Assembly (NCBI RefSeq): GCF_001677475.2
Contig: NZ_CP015229.1
Length of the DNA: 64,000 nucleotides
Reading direction: 5' to 3' (one strand)
From: Escherichia coli
GTDB lineage: Bacteria; Pseudomonadota; Gammaproteobacteria; Enterobacterales; Enterobacteriaceae
The translations under genes were made by a program, and so were the position numbers. Positions 23,914 to 34,046 of the stretch are shown piece after piece (position 1 is the stretch's first letter; every line of letters starts with the position of its first letter). A model generated the notes under the pieces. The model saw only the letters and a list, made by a program, of their open reading frames with translations, did not search any database and was not told the origin of the DNA.

Positions 23914-25038
23914 ATGAGCAATCTGAGCCCTGACTTTGTACTACCCGAAAATTTTTGCGCTAACCCGCAAGAGGCGTGGACCATTCCTGCCCGTTTTTAT
24001 ACCGATCAGAACGCCTTTGAACACGAAAAAGAGAGCGTCTTCGCCAAAAGCTGGATTTGCGTCGCTCATAGCAGCGAACTGGCGAATGCCAATGATTATG
24101 TGACGCGTGAGATCATTGGCGAAAGCATCGTGCTGGTACGTGGTCGTGATAAGGTTTTGCGCGCGTTCTATAACGTTTGCCCGCACCGTGGTCATCAGTT
24201 ATTGAGCGGCGAAGGGAAAGCGAAAAATGTGATTACCTGCCCGTATCACGCCTGGGCATTCAAACTCGATGGTAACCTGGCCCATGCGCGTAACTGCGAA
24301 AACGTCGCCAATTTCGATAGCGACAAAGCGCAACTGGTTCCAGTACGTCTGGAAGAATATGCCGGATTCGTCTTCATCAACATGGACCCCAACGCCACCA
24401 GCGTAGAAGATCAGTTACCCGGTCTGGGCGCGAAAGTGCTGGAAGCCTGCCCGGAAGTCCACGATCTGAAACTGGCGGCCCGCTTTACCACCCGCACGCC
24501 TGCCAACTGGAAGAACATTGTCGATAACTATCTCGAGTGCTATCACTGTGGTCCGGCGCATCCAGGTTTCTCCGACTCCGTACAGGTTGATCGTTACTGG
24601 CACACCATGCACGGTAACTGGACGCTGCAATACGGTTTCGCCAAACCGTCAGAACAGTCTTTCAAATTCGAAGAGGGCACGGATGCGGCATTCCACGGTT
24701 TCTGGCTGTGGCCGTGCACGATGCTGAACGTCACCCCAATCAAAGGGATGATGACGGTCATTTATGAATTCCCGGTGGATTCTGAAACTACCCTGCAAAA
24801 CTACGATATTTACTTCACCAATGAAGAGTTAACCGACGAGCAAAAATCGCTGATTGAGTGGTATCGCGATGTGTTCCGTCCGGAAGATTTACGTCTGGTT
24901 GAAAGCGTACAGAAAGGGCTGAAATCGCGTGGCTATCGTGGTCAGGGGCGCATCATGGCCGACAGTAGCGGTAGCGGAATTTCCGAACATGGTATCGCCC
25001 ACTTCCATAATCTGCTGGCGCAGGTGTTTAAGGACTAA
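23914..25038 (+). CDS. yeaW: Rieske-type oxygenase subunit YeaW (carnitine monooxygenase CntA-like)
   Basis: ORF 23794..25038; start set at MSNLSPDFV; Rieske motif CPHRG...CPYHAW. Confidence 0.85.
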   Translation: MSNLSPDFVLPENFCANPQEAWTIPARFYTDQNAFEHEKESVFAKSWICVAHSSELANANDYVTREIIGESIVLVRGRDKVLRAFYNVCPHRGHQLLSGEGKAKNVITCPYHAWAFKLDGNLAHARNCENVANFDSDKAQLVPVRLEEYAGFVFINMDPNATSVEDQLPGLGAKVLEACPEVHDLKLAARFTTRTPANWKNIVDNYLECYHCGPAHPGFSDSVQVDRYWHTMHGNWTLQYGFAKPSEQSFKFEEGTDAAFHGFWLWPCTMLNVTPIKGMMTVIYEFPVDSETTLQNYDIYFTNEELTDEQKSLIEWYRDVFRPEDLRLVESVQKGLKSRGYRGQGRIMADSSGSGISEHGIAHFHNLLAQVFKD

Positions 25039-25093
25039 TGACATCGGCGGCGGTATTTTCCGCCGCTGGGCTGATTTTTGATGGAGTACAGCA

Positions 25094-26059
25094 ATGTCAG
25101 ACTATCAAATGTTTGAAGTACAGGTGAGCCAGGTTGAACCGCTTACAGAACAGGTGAAACGCTTCACGCTGGTGGCAACCGATAGCAAACCATTACCTGC
25201 GTTTACTGGAGGAAGTCACGTCATTGTGCAGATGAGCGATGGTGATAACCAGTACAGCAATGCGTATTCACTACTGAGTTCGCCGCATGACACCTCTTGT
25301 TATCAGATTGCCGTTCGGCTGGAGGAAAACTCGCGCGGCGGTTCCCGCTTTTTGCATCAGCAGGTAAAAGTGGGCGATCGGTTAACGATTTCAACGCCTA
25401 ATAACCTGTTTGCGCTAATTCCCTCGGCCAGAAAGCATCTGTTTATCGCGGGCGGCATTGGTATCACCCCTTTCCTGTCGCACATGGCAGAGTTGCAACA
25501 CAGCGACGTCGACTGGCAGCTACATTACTGCACGCGAAATCCAGAAAGTTGCGCATTTCGTGATGAGCTAGTCCAACATCCGCAGACGGATAAAATCCAT
25601 TTTCATCACTCATCGACCGGAACGCGTCTTGAATTAGCGCGATTATTGGCGGATATCGAACCTGGCACACATGTTTATACCTGTGGCCCCGAGGCGCTAA
25701 ATGAAGCGGTAAGAAGTGAAGCTGCGCGTCTGGACATCGCCGCCGATACGATGCACTTTGAACAATTTGCGATTGAAGACAAAACCGGCGATGCATTTAC
25801 CCTGGTGCTTGCCCGTTCCGGTAAAGAGTTTGTGGTGCCGGAAGAGATGACTATTTTGCAGGTTATTGAAAATAATAAAGCAGCGAAAGTGGAATGTTTA
25901 TGTCGTGAAGGGGTATGCGGAACCTGCGAAACGGCAATACTGGAAGGTGAAGCTGACCATCGGGATCAGTATTTTAGCGATGAAGAGCGTGCCAGCCAGC
26001 AAAGTATGTTGATCTGTTGTTCGCGTGCGAAGGGTAAACGCCTGGTGTTGGATTTGTAG
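25094..26059 (+). CDS. yeaX: Oxidoreductase subunit YeaX (FNR-like reductase with C-terminal 2Fe-2S ferredoxin, CntB-like)
   Basis: ORF 25094..26059, 321 aa; C-terminal Cys cluster CREGVCGTCE. Confidence 0.85.
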   Translation: MSDYQMFEVQVSQVEPLTEQVKRFTLVATDSKPLPAFTGGSHVIVQMSDGDNQYSNAYSLLSSPHDTSCYQIAVRLEENSRGGSRFLHQQVKVGDRLTISTPNNLFALIPSARKHLFIAGGIGITPFLSHMAELQHSDVDWQLHYCTRNPESCAFRDELVQHPQTDKIHFHHSSTGTRLELARLLADIEPGTHVYTCGPEALNEAVRSEAARLDIAADTMHFEQFAIEDKTGDAFTLVLARSGKEFVVPEEMTILQVIENNKAAKVECLCREGVCGTCETAILEGEADHRDQYFSDEERASQQSMLICCSRAKGKRLVLDL

Positions 26060-26062
26060 TTT

Positions 26063-26099
26063 GCCGAAGCCGGACTGAGCGCGCCCAGTCCGGCTTCGG
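26063..26099. terminator. Long palindromic hairpin between convergent yeaX and rnd (bidirectional terminator or REP-like)
   Basis: gccgaagccggactg...cagtccggcttcgg, about 14-bp stem. Confidence 0.45.
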
Positions 26100-26105
26100 A
26101 AGATT

Positions 26106-27233
26106 TTACTGCGGATATTCCTGCAATAAATTGTGTAATGCTTCCGCCATCAGCTCACCACGCCAGCCGGAAATCAGCTCCGGCAAATTGTTCTGCGGTT
26201 TCAGTTTCCAGTGCCAGTTCAGCAGTTGGTTGATTTGCCGACGCGATGCCAGCAATTCGGCGCTGATCTTGTGCGTTTCGCTCACGTCAGTAATCAGCGA
26301 CTTAATCGCTTTAAACGCTTTACGATAACCCGGCATGTCCATCAGGTTAAGCATCGGCTGCGGTAAGGCCTCTTCCGGCAATGTCTGCGCTTTTTCCACC
26401 AGCGCCAGCAGCGTTTTACCGTGAAAGCGGATTTCGCTACCGGATAAGCCCAGGCTGTCCAGTTCGCCTAAACTTCCCGGCATATAACGCGCTACCGACC
26501 ACAAATGCTCTTCACGCACGACAAAGTTCACCGCCAGATCGCGCTCCCGCGCCTTGCGCAGTCGCCAGTCGGCTAACAGTTGCAGACAGGCCAGTTGGCG
26601 TGTGCGTAACTGCCAGGCATTGGTGATATCACGCCAGGCATCTTCCGGTGCAACGACTTCCTGACGACGCATTTGCATCAGGCGGCATTCATCCAGCGCC
26701 GCAGGTAGCCAGCCGGAGGCCTCCGTTTCTACCATAAGCTTTGCGGTGATCGGTAACAGATACCAGACATCCGCCGCTGCGTATTCACACTGACGTTCGG
26801 TCAGCGGTCTGGCCAGCCAGTCGGTGCGCGATTCACTCTTGTCCAGCGTAACGCCGGAATACTCTTCCACCATGGAAGCGAAACCCCATGACATCGGGCG
26901 TCCGCAGAAGGCAGCAAGGATTTGCGTGTCAATCAGGGGTTGTGGTAATTCGCCAAAGACATTGAGGAACACTTCCAGATCTTCACTGCCTGCATGGAGA
27001 AATTTTGTGATGGACGGATCGCGCAGGATCGCTTTCAGCGGTGACCAGTCGGTGATCCCGAGTGGATCGATTAGCGCCAGATGCTCGCCATCGAAAAGTT
27101 GAATCAACCCCAGCTGCGGGTAATAAGTGCGCGTACGAACAAATTCAGTATCCAGGGCTATCGCCGGAAAGGCACGGACGGCTTCACACAAAGAAGCCAG
27201 CGCATCGTCCGTGGTAATCATTTGGTAATTCAA
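26106..27233 (-). CDS. rnd: Ribonuclease D
   Basis: ORF 26106..27233, 375 aa; DEDD exonuclease and HRDC-like sequence. Confidence 0.9.
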   Translation of the reverse strand: MNYQMITTDDALASLCEAVRAFPAIALDTEFVRTRTYYPQLGLIQLFDGEHLALIDPLGITDWSPLKAILRDPSITKFLHAGSEDLEVFLNVFGELPQPLIDTQILAAFCGRPMSWGFASMVEEYSGVTLDKSESRTDWLARPLTERQCEYAAADVWYLLPITAKLMVETEASGWLPAALDECRLMQMRRQEVVAPEDAWRDITNAWQLRTRQLACLQLLADWRLRKARERDLAVNFVVREEHLWSVARYMPGSLGELDSLGLSGSEIRFHGKTLLALVEKAQTLPEEALPQPMLNLMDMPGYRKAFKAIKSLITDVSETHKISAELLASRRQINQLLNWHWKLKPQNNLPELISGWRGELMAEALHNLLQEYPQ

Positions 27234-27255
27234 ATTGTATTCTCTTTAGTGGGCG

Positions 27256-27282
27256 TCAAAAAAAACGCCGGATTAACCGGCG
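27256..27282 (-). terminator. Rho-independent terminator after fadD
   Basis: Minus strand reads gccggttaatccggcg followed by U8. Confidence 0.55.
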
Positions 27283-27302
27283 TCTGACGACTGACTTAAC
27301 GC

Positions 27303-28988
27303 TCAGGCTTTATTGTCCACTTTGCCGCGCGCTTCGTCACGTAATTCTCGTCGCAAAATTTTTCCGACGTTAGATTTCGGTAACTCATCACGAAACTCCA
27401 CCAGCTTCGGTACTTTGTAGCCCGTGAGCTGACGGCGGCAAAAGGTCACCAGTGACTCTTCGGTAAGCGATGGATCTTTTTTCACTACGAAGATTTTCAC
27501 CGCTTCACCACTGGAGCCGGAAGGTACGCCAACAGCCGCGACTTCCTGTACGCCAGGATGCTGCATGACGACATCTTCAATCTCGTTGGGATAGACGTTA
27601 AAACCGGAAACCAGAATCATGTCTTTTTTACGATCGACAATGCGCAGGAATCCTTCTTCATCCATCACCGCGATGTCGCCGGTGTGTAACCAGCCATTTT
27701 TGATGATTTCATCGGTAGCATCCGGACGCTGCCAGTAACCCAGCATCACCTGCGGTCCTTTGACACAAAGCTCACCCGGTTGACCCGGTGGTACTTCATT
27801 ATCATCATCATCCACAAGTTTTGCTTCCGTCGACGGCACCGGCAAACCGATGCTACCACTATGATAATCAATATCATACGGGTTAACGCTCACCAGCGGC
27901 GCACACTCGGTCAGGCCATAACCTTCCAGCAGATACTGTCCTGTCAGTTTCACCCAACGTTCTGCCACCACTTGCTGAACAGGCATCCCTCCGCCTGCGG
28001 AAAGATGCAGACTGGAGAAATCCAGCTGCTGGAACTCTTTATTGTTCAGCAACGCATTGAACAAGGTGTTTACGCCGGTGATAGCGGTAAACGGATATTT
28101 CGCTAACTCTTTTACCAACCCTGGAATATCGCGCGGGTTAGTGATAAGCAGGTTCTGCCCACCCAGTTCGATAAACAGCAGGCAGTTAATGGTCAGGGCA
28201 AAAATGTGATAGAGCGGCAGTGCCGTTACTACCAGTTCTTTACCTGGATGCAGCAACGGCCCATAGGTGGCGTTGACCTGTTCCAGGTTCGCCAGCATAT
28301 TGCGGTGAGTCAGCATCGCGCCTTTCGCCACACCTGTGGTGCCGCCGGTGTATTGCAGGAAGGCTAAATCTTCCGGCACCAGTTCGGGTTTGACGTACTG
28401 CATCCGGTAGCCGTTATGCAGTGCGCTACGAAATGAAATGGCATCTGGCAGATGGTATTTCGGCACCAGACGCTTGATGTATTTAACAACAAAATTGACT
28501 ACCGTGCCTTTTGCCGTAGATAGCTGATCGCCCATACGGGTCAGAATTACGTGCTGAACGGCGGTTTTATCAACCACTTTTTCCAGAGTGTGGGCAAAGT
28601 TAGACACGATAACAATCGCCGATGCGCCGCTATCGTTAAGCTGATGCTCAAGTTCACGCGGGGTATACAACGGGTTAACGTTTACGACAATCATCCCGGC
28701 ACGCAAAATACCAAACAGCGCCACCGGATATTGCAATAAATTAGGCATCATCAACGCAACGCGATCGCCTTTCTTCAGTCCCAACCCTTGTTGCAAATAA
28801 GCGGCAAACGCGCGACTGCGTTCTTCCAGTTTGCGGAAGGTCATCACCTCCCCCATATTCACAAACGCGGGTTGATCGGCGTAGCGCGCGACCGACTGCT
28901 CAAACATATCTACCAGAGATTGATAACGGTCAGGGTTGATCTCCGTCGGAACGTCCGCGGGATAACGGTTAAGCCAAACCTTCTTCAA
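27303..28988 (-). CDS. fadD: Long-chain fatty acid-CoA ligase FadD
   Basis: ORF 27303..29054; AMP-binding motif [16 protein letters not shown]; start placed at TTG ([10 protein letters not shown]) per recalled K-12 annotation; upstream ATG is possible. Confidence 0.9.
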
Positions 28989-29192
28989 TTCTTCACCTCT
29001 AAAATGCGTGTTCGTCGTCATCGCAACCCCAAATGATATACATGCCGTTAACATAATATTAACTCATCATACCAGCTTGATAATTACCCAACGAAAAGGT
29101 TGCGAAGCGCGTCACTATTTATTTTTATCTTTACCGTAAGAATGCAGAAACAGCGGACCAGCCGCTGTTTCTTTTTCTTTAAAAACAAGCAA

Positions 29193-29774
29193 TTATTCAG
29201 TTACAACTGTTTGTACTCTCGCGGGGCCGGGATTATACCAACCCCATCCACCGTAGCCATAGGGCCAGCCACGACCACCATAAAACCATGGATCAATCGG
29301 CTGAGGCGGCATAATCACCTGCTGGGTTAAATGCCAACGTTTGTAACCCGTTACCTGCATCACCATAAATTTATAGGGCGTGTTGCCGATTTTGCCGTCA
29401 ACCGCACCGGTGATTGGCCCAACTACCGTAACCAGTTGTCCACGGAAATCTACCGGGTCCAGAAAACCGTTCACATCAGCATAAATGCGACCGCGAGAAG
29501 GTTCTCCCAGCGTCGGTCTGGCTCCGCTGTCCAGTGGTACGGTGGCAATTTCCAGGCGGGTTTTCCCTTGCTGGTTTTGTACCGCAACCACTTTGCCACC
29601 AAAGCGTGCCTCCTGACCAACGTACAGCTGCGGCGCACTCATCACCCGAACTAAATCTTGTTGCGGCGTGGGACTGCTGCCTTTAATGGCGTCCGGCACA
29701 GTGACACAACCGCTCAGCATTAGCGCAAACGTACCTGCCAGTATGCCTTTGATAACATTCTTTTGAACCGCCAT
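29193..29774 (-). CDS. yeaY: Slp-family outer-membrane lipoprotein YeaY
   Basis: ORF 29193..29774, 193 aa; lipobox LSGC. Confidence 0.8.
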
Positions 29775-29813
29775 GATGCGACTCCTTTTTTTCTCAGGGC
29801 ATACTCTTAAGAT

Positions 29814-30509
29814 TCATTCTTTGCCCGGAAGTTTCTTCCATGCGACGTTGTTACGTAAATAAACCGGTTCGGCATGTTCCACCGCCACCGTTTTACCCTC
29901 GGCAAACATCTGACAAGCAATCGGCAGCATATCTTCTGCGGCGGGGAGTAACACTTCGCCATCGCGCAAAACCAACCCGCTCTCTTTACCGAGATCCGGC
30001 CAGGCTTGCCAGCCCGTCCCTACCGTCACCCATTCGCCGGAAAGCTGTTGCATTCGTTCATGAACGAGTTCGGGTTTGAGTACGGCTTCGGTTTCTTCAC
30101 CGTGCCAGATACCGTTTTCATCACGCTGATATTCGGCCCAGTAAACTTCGCCCATTCGCGCGTCAATGGCTGACAGCACGCGTGTTGCGCCGTTTTTGCG
30201 CCACGCCCCTTGCGCCATCGTCATTAGCGTGGAGACGCCAATCATCGGCAGCTCCGCGCCAAGCGCCAGCCCTTGCGCGATGCCAATACCAATGCGCACG
30301 CCAGTAAAGCTACCGGGGCCGCGCCCGTAAGCCAGAGCATTTATGTCCGTCAGGGAAGTTCCGCTGGTGGTCAGGATATCCTGCACCATCGGTAAGATTC
30401 GTTGAGTATGTTCACGAGGGCAAAGCTCAAAATGAGCGTTGACAGTACCGTCGTTCCACAGGGCGACAGAGCAGGCCTCTGTCGCGGTATCGATAGCCAG
30501 AATTCGCAT
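29814..30509 (-). CDS. tsaB: tRNA threonylcarbamoyladenosine biosynthesis protein TsaB (YeaZ)
   Basis: ORF 29814..30509, 231 aa; starts [11 protein letters not shown]. Confidence 0.9.
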   Translation of the reverse strand: MRILAIDTATEACSVALWNDGTVNAHFELCPREHTQRILPMVQDILTTSGTSLTDINALAYGRGPGSFTGVRIGIGIAQGLALGAELPMIGVSTLMTMAQGAWRKNGATRVLSAIDARMGEVYWAEYQRDENGIWHGEETEAVLKPELVHERMQQLSGEWVTVGTGWQAWPDLGKESGLVLRDGEVLLPAAEDMLPIACQMFAEGKTVAVEHAEPVYLRNNVAWKKLPGKE

Positions 30510-30566
30510 GGGTCTTCGTGCTTAGATCAATAAAAAGGCGCGCATCATACCATACTCCATCACAAA

Positions 30567-32477
30567 TTACCTGGAGGATGGTATCGCAAGGAAACGAACC
30601 GCACGGGCAATGTCACGGGTGCGCGGCGCTGGCGGCAGACTGGCGAGAAACGTCGCGCCGTAAGGGCGCATCACCAGCCGATTATCGCAAATCACCAAAA
30701 CCCCTCGATCGTCGGCGTCGCGAATCAGTCGCCCTACCCCCTGTTTGAGAGTAATGACCGCATCCGGCAGCTGTACTTCATCGAACGGGTCGCCTCCGCG
30801 CAAACGGCAATCTTCCATGCGCGCTTTTAATAGTGGATCATCCGGTGAGGTAAACGGCAACTTGTCGATAATCACCAATGACAATGTATCGCCACGCACA
30901 TCCACCCCTTCCCAGAAGCTGCTGGTTGCCACAAGAAGCGCGTTACCGGCGCTGACAAATTGCTGCAACAGTTGCCCTTTGCTGGTTTCCCCCTGCAACA
31001 AAACGGGAAGCGTCATGGTAGCGCGGAACTGCTCGGCCAGATCGCGCATCATGGCGTGCGAGGTACAAAGCATAAAACAACGACCGTTGTTAGCCTCGAT
31101 GATCGGTCGCAGCATTGCCGCCAGTTGCCTTGCGGAACCCGGTTGATTGGTTTGCGGCAGGTTGCGCGGCACACAGAGTAACGCCTGGCGGCTGTAATCA
31201 AACGGGCTGGGTAACAGCAACGACTCTGCCTGTTCAATGCCAAGCCGCGAGGTAAAATGATGCAGATCGTCATTCACCGACAGCGTTGCTGAGGTAAAGA
31301 TCCAGCTACCTGGTTTTTGCGCCATTAACTCTTTGAATTTATCCGCCACGCTGAGCGGCGTGAGTGCCAGAGTAAAATGGCGCGAAGTGCATTCGTACCA
31401 GTAGCTGTAGCCCGGCTGATTGATCTCTTTTAGCCGTTTCAGCCGCGTGCGATACAACGTGGCGCGCTCAAATGCCGCATCCAGCAAGGCGGAACGCCCC
31501 AGCGACAGTTTCGCCACGTCATAACAAAGTTCCAGGGTGTCATCGAGCAGTAAAAACGCCCGTTGAATTTGCGGATTAGCTAACAGTTCGCGCAGGTTTC
31601 CGCGATAACCTGGCTCGCCTAATTGCAGACGAAAATCCTGCGCACTCTGGGCAAGACGGTCGGCGCATTTTTGTAACTGCTGAGTGTCTTTTAATTCGGT
31701 GCGATAGGCGATGGTGATGTCTTTTGCCAGGTCGAGCAGTTGTCGACTGGAGAGTGACTGACCAAAATACTGGCTGGCAATGTCGGGCAGTTGGTGGGCT
31801 TCGTCGAAGATCATCACGTCAGCTTCCGGGATCAGTTCGCCAAATCCACTCTCTTTCACCACCATATCCGCCAGAAAGAGATGATGGTTTACCACCACCA
31901 CATCGGCGTCCATCGCTTTTTTGCGTGCTTTGACTACAAAGCAATCTTTATACATCGGGCAGTCGCTGCCAAGGCAGTTATCGTTGGTGCTGGTGACAAG
32001 CGGCCACGCCTGTGAATCTTCCGCCACGCTGACGCAGGTGCTGATATCACCATCGACTGTTTGATTAGACCAGGAGCGCAGCAGGATCACATCGCTTAAG
32101 ATTTGTACCGGCAGATCGCCCCCCGCCAGCGCCTGCTGTTCGAGACGTTCGAGGCAGAGGTAGTTTGAGCGCCCTTTCAGCAACGCCACATTGCCCGTGT
32201 ATTTCAATGCCTTTGAGACCGTTGGCAAATCGCGGCTGTAGAGCTGATCCTGCAACGCTTTTGAGCCGGTCGAGATAATGACTTTCTTTTTCGCCCGCAG
32301 CGCAGGAGCCAGGTAAGCGTAGGTTTTGCCCGTACCGGTTCCGGCTTCCACCACCAGCGGCTGGCCTTTTTCTATCGCCTGGGTGACGGCTACCGCCATC
32401 TGTCGCTGTGGTTCTCGCGGCTTAAAGCCTGGTATCGCTTTCGCCAGCTGACCGTCTGGTGCAAAATCGTCCGTCAC
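30567..32477 (-). CDS. yoaA: DinG-family ATP-dependent DNA helicase YoaA (Fe-S helicase)
   Basis: ORF 30567..32477, 636 aa; Walker A GTGTGKT; DEAH box. Confidence 0.85.
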   Translation of the reverse strand: MTDDFAPDGQLAKAIPGFKPREPQRQMAVAVTQAIEKGQPLVVEAGTGTGKTYAYLAPALRAKKKVIISTGSKALQDQLYSRDLPTVSKALKYTGNVALLKGRSNYLCLERLEQQALAGGDLPVQILSDVILLRSWSNQTVDGDISTCVSVAEDSQAWPLVTSTNDNCLGSDCPMYKDCFVVKARKKAMDADVVVVNHHLFLADMVVKESGFGELIPEADVMIFDEAHQLPDIASQYFGQSLSSRQLLDLAKDITIAYRTELKDTQQLQKCADRLAQSAQDFRLQLGEPGYRGNLRELLANPQIQRAFLLLDDTLELCYDVAKLSLGRSALLDAAFERATLYRTRLKRLKEINQPGYSYWYECTSRHFTLALTPLSVADKFKELMAQKPGSWIFTSATLSVNDDLHHFTSRLGIEQAESLLLPSPFDYSRQALLCVPRNLPQTNQPGSARQLAAMLRPIIEANNGRCFMLCTSHAMMRDLAEQFRATMTLPVLLQGETSKGQLLQQFVSAGNALLVATSSFWEGVDVRGDTLSLVIIDKLPFTSPDDPLLKARMEDCRLRGGDPFDEVQLPDAVITLKQGVGRLIRDADDRGVLVICDNRLVMRPYGATFLASLPPAPRTRDIARAVRFLAIPSSR

Positions 32478-32608
32478 ACTACCCCCTGTTGATTTGAACA
32501 GGGATTATGTCAGGATGAGGGCGCTTTCGCCAGTTGAAGTGATGACGGCGACCTCACATTGTGGCAGTCTTTACAGCACGAAAATGGAAGTATAATGAGG
32601 ACAAAATG

Positions 32609-32953
32609 ATGACTATCGTTCGTATCGATGCTGAAGCCCGCTGGTCTGATGTGGTGATCCACAACAACACGCTCTACTACACTGGTGTACCGGAAAACCT
32701 CGACGCCGATGCTTTTGAGCAAACCGCCAACACGCTGGCGCAGATTGACGCCGTGCTGGAAAAACAGGGCAGCAATAAATCGAGCATTCTGGATGCCACC
32801 ATTTTCCTGGCTGATAAAAACGACTTCGCGGCGATGAATAAAGCGTGGGATGCCTGGGTTGTCGCGGGTCATGCGCCGGTGCGCTGCACGGTACAAGCGG
32901 GTTTGATGAACCCGAAGTATAAAGTTGAAATTAAGATTGTGGCTGCGGTGTAA
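32609..32953 (+). CDS. yoaB: RidA/YjgF-family protein YoaB
   Basis: ORF 32561..32953; start set at MTIVRIDAEARW, 114 aa. Confidence 0.8.
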   Translation: MTIVRIDAEARWSDVVIHNNTLYYTGVPENLDADAFEQTANTLAQIDAVLEKQGSNKSSILDATIFLADKNDFAAMNKAWDAWVVAGHAPVRCTVQAGLMNPKYKVEIKIVAAV

Positions 32954-33374
32954 GCTTTATCGAAGCAAAATAAGTCAGACGATAATTTATCGATAATACT
33001 GGTCGGTTTTACATAAATCGACCAGAGATTAAGATATTACTGTTGATGCTCCTGCTAATTCATTATTTATTTTTATAATTTCAATTTTAGCTATAAAACT
33101 AACTATATAAATAAACATAACCATGCCGTTGTGTTCGCCCTTCGATTAGCATCTCTGGTTTTCTTTCTTAGCTGAACAATTTGGTTATAGCGTGAGAACT
33201 GACCGTTAATTTTCTCCCTCTTACTGGATAACACACCATGAGCTGCTACCTTTAAAACACCTGAATGTCAACAAGTTAACTCGTGCCATATCGTTATAAT
33301 CCCTTTGATATTAGATGCAAATTAAGGTCATATATAGCCTTATCGATAACATGGTTAATTTTAAGGATAAGAAT

Positions 33375-33674
33375 ATGCCTGCTGTAATAGATAAAGCCCT
33401 GGATTTCATTGGTGCCATGGATGTATCAGCACCAACACCAAGTTCGATGAATGAAAGTACGGCGAAGGGAATCTTTAAATATTTAAAAGAACTGGGAGTA
33501 CCCGCGAGTGCCGCTGATATTACGACGCGAGCTGACCTGGAAGGCTGGAACCCGGGTTTCACGGAAAAAATGGTTGGATGGGCAAAAAAAATGGAGTCTG
33601 GTGAACGCATTGTGATTAAAAATCCTGAATACTTTTCAACATATATGCAGGAAGAACTAAAAGCACTGGTCTAA
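33375..33674 (+). CDS. yoaC: DUF1889 protein YoaC
   Basis: ORF 33315..33674; start set at MPAVIDKALD, 99 aa; the overlapping minus-strand ORF is judged spurious. Confidence 0.7.
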   Translation: MPAVIDKALDFIGAMDVSAPTPSSMNESTAKGIFKYLKELGVPASAADITTRADLEGWNPGFTEKMVGWAKKMESGERIVIKNPEYFSTYMQEELKALV

Positions 33675-33793
33675 GTTAAATTTACATCAGCATAAATGGG
33701 TCAGGACGCTTTTAATCACATATGAAAAGCGTCCTTTTTCTCACAATCAAATAACCATCGGCTTCTATAACGAAAGCGATACGGATAAGTGTG

Positions 33794-33973
33794 TTACTCG
33801 TCTTCATCCTCAAAACGCGCCACGATTCGCTCGCCGGAATGGTTGGCACGCAGCTCTTCTGCCACCAACGCGATTGCCTGGCCGCTGCTCATCCCTTGAG
33901 CCATCAGTTCCTGGATCCGCTCGACAGCTTTTTGCTGCTGTTCATGGGTGAGTGAAGGTAAACCTGCAAACAT
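33794..33973 (-). CDS. yoaH: UPF0181 protein YoaH (59 aa)
   Basis: Manual translation of minus strand: [59 protein letters not shown]. Confidence 0.7.
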
Positions 33974-34046
33974 TGTTAACTCCTGCTAAATTGTTGGCGC
34001 TAATTATTTCATGCTACCCGGCACATAGCCAGTAGAGTCAGGACTG

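Noticed and set aside
27234-27302. Possible small RNA (sroD-like) in the rnd-fadD spacer
   Set aside because: I only vaguely recall an sRNA annotated near here; the sequence shows just the fadD terminator hairpin, which is too little to call an independent RNA gene.
33311-33610. 99-aa minus-strand ORF overlapping yoaC
   Set aside because: The plus-strand frame gives the recognisable YoaC sequence; the minus-strand frame is the overlapping artefact.
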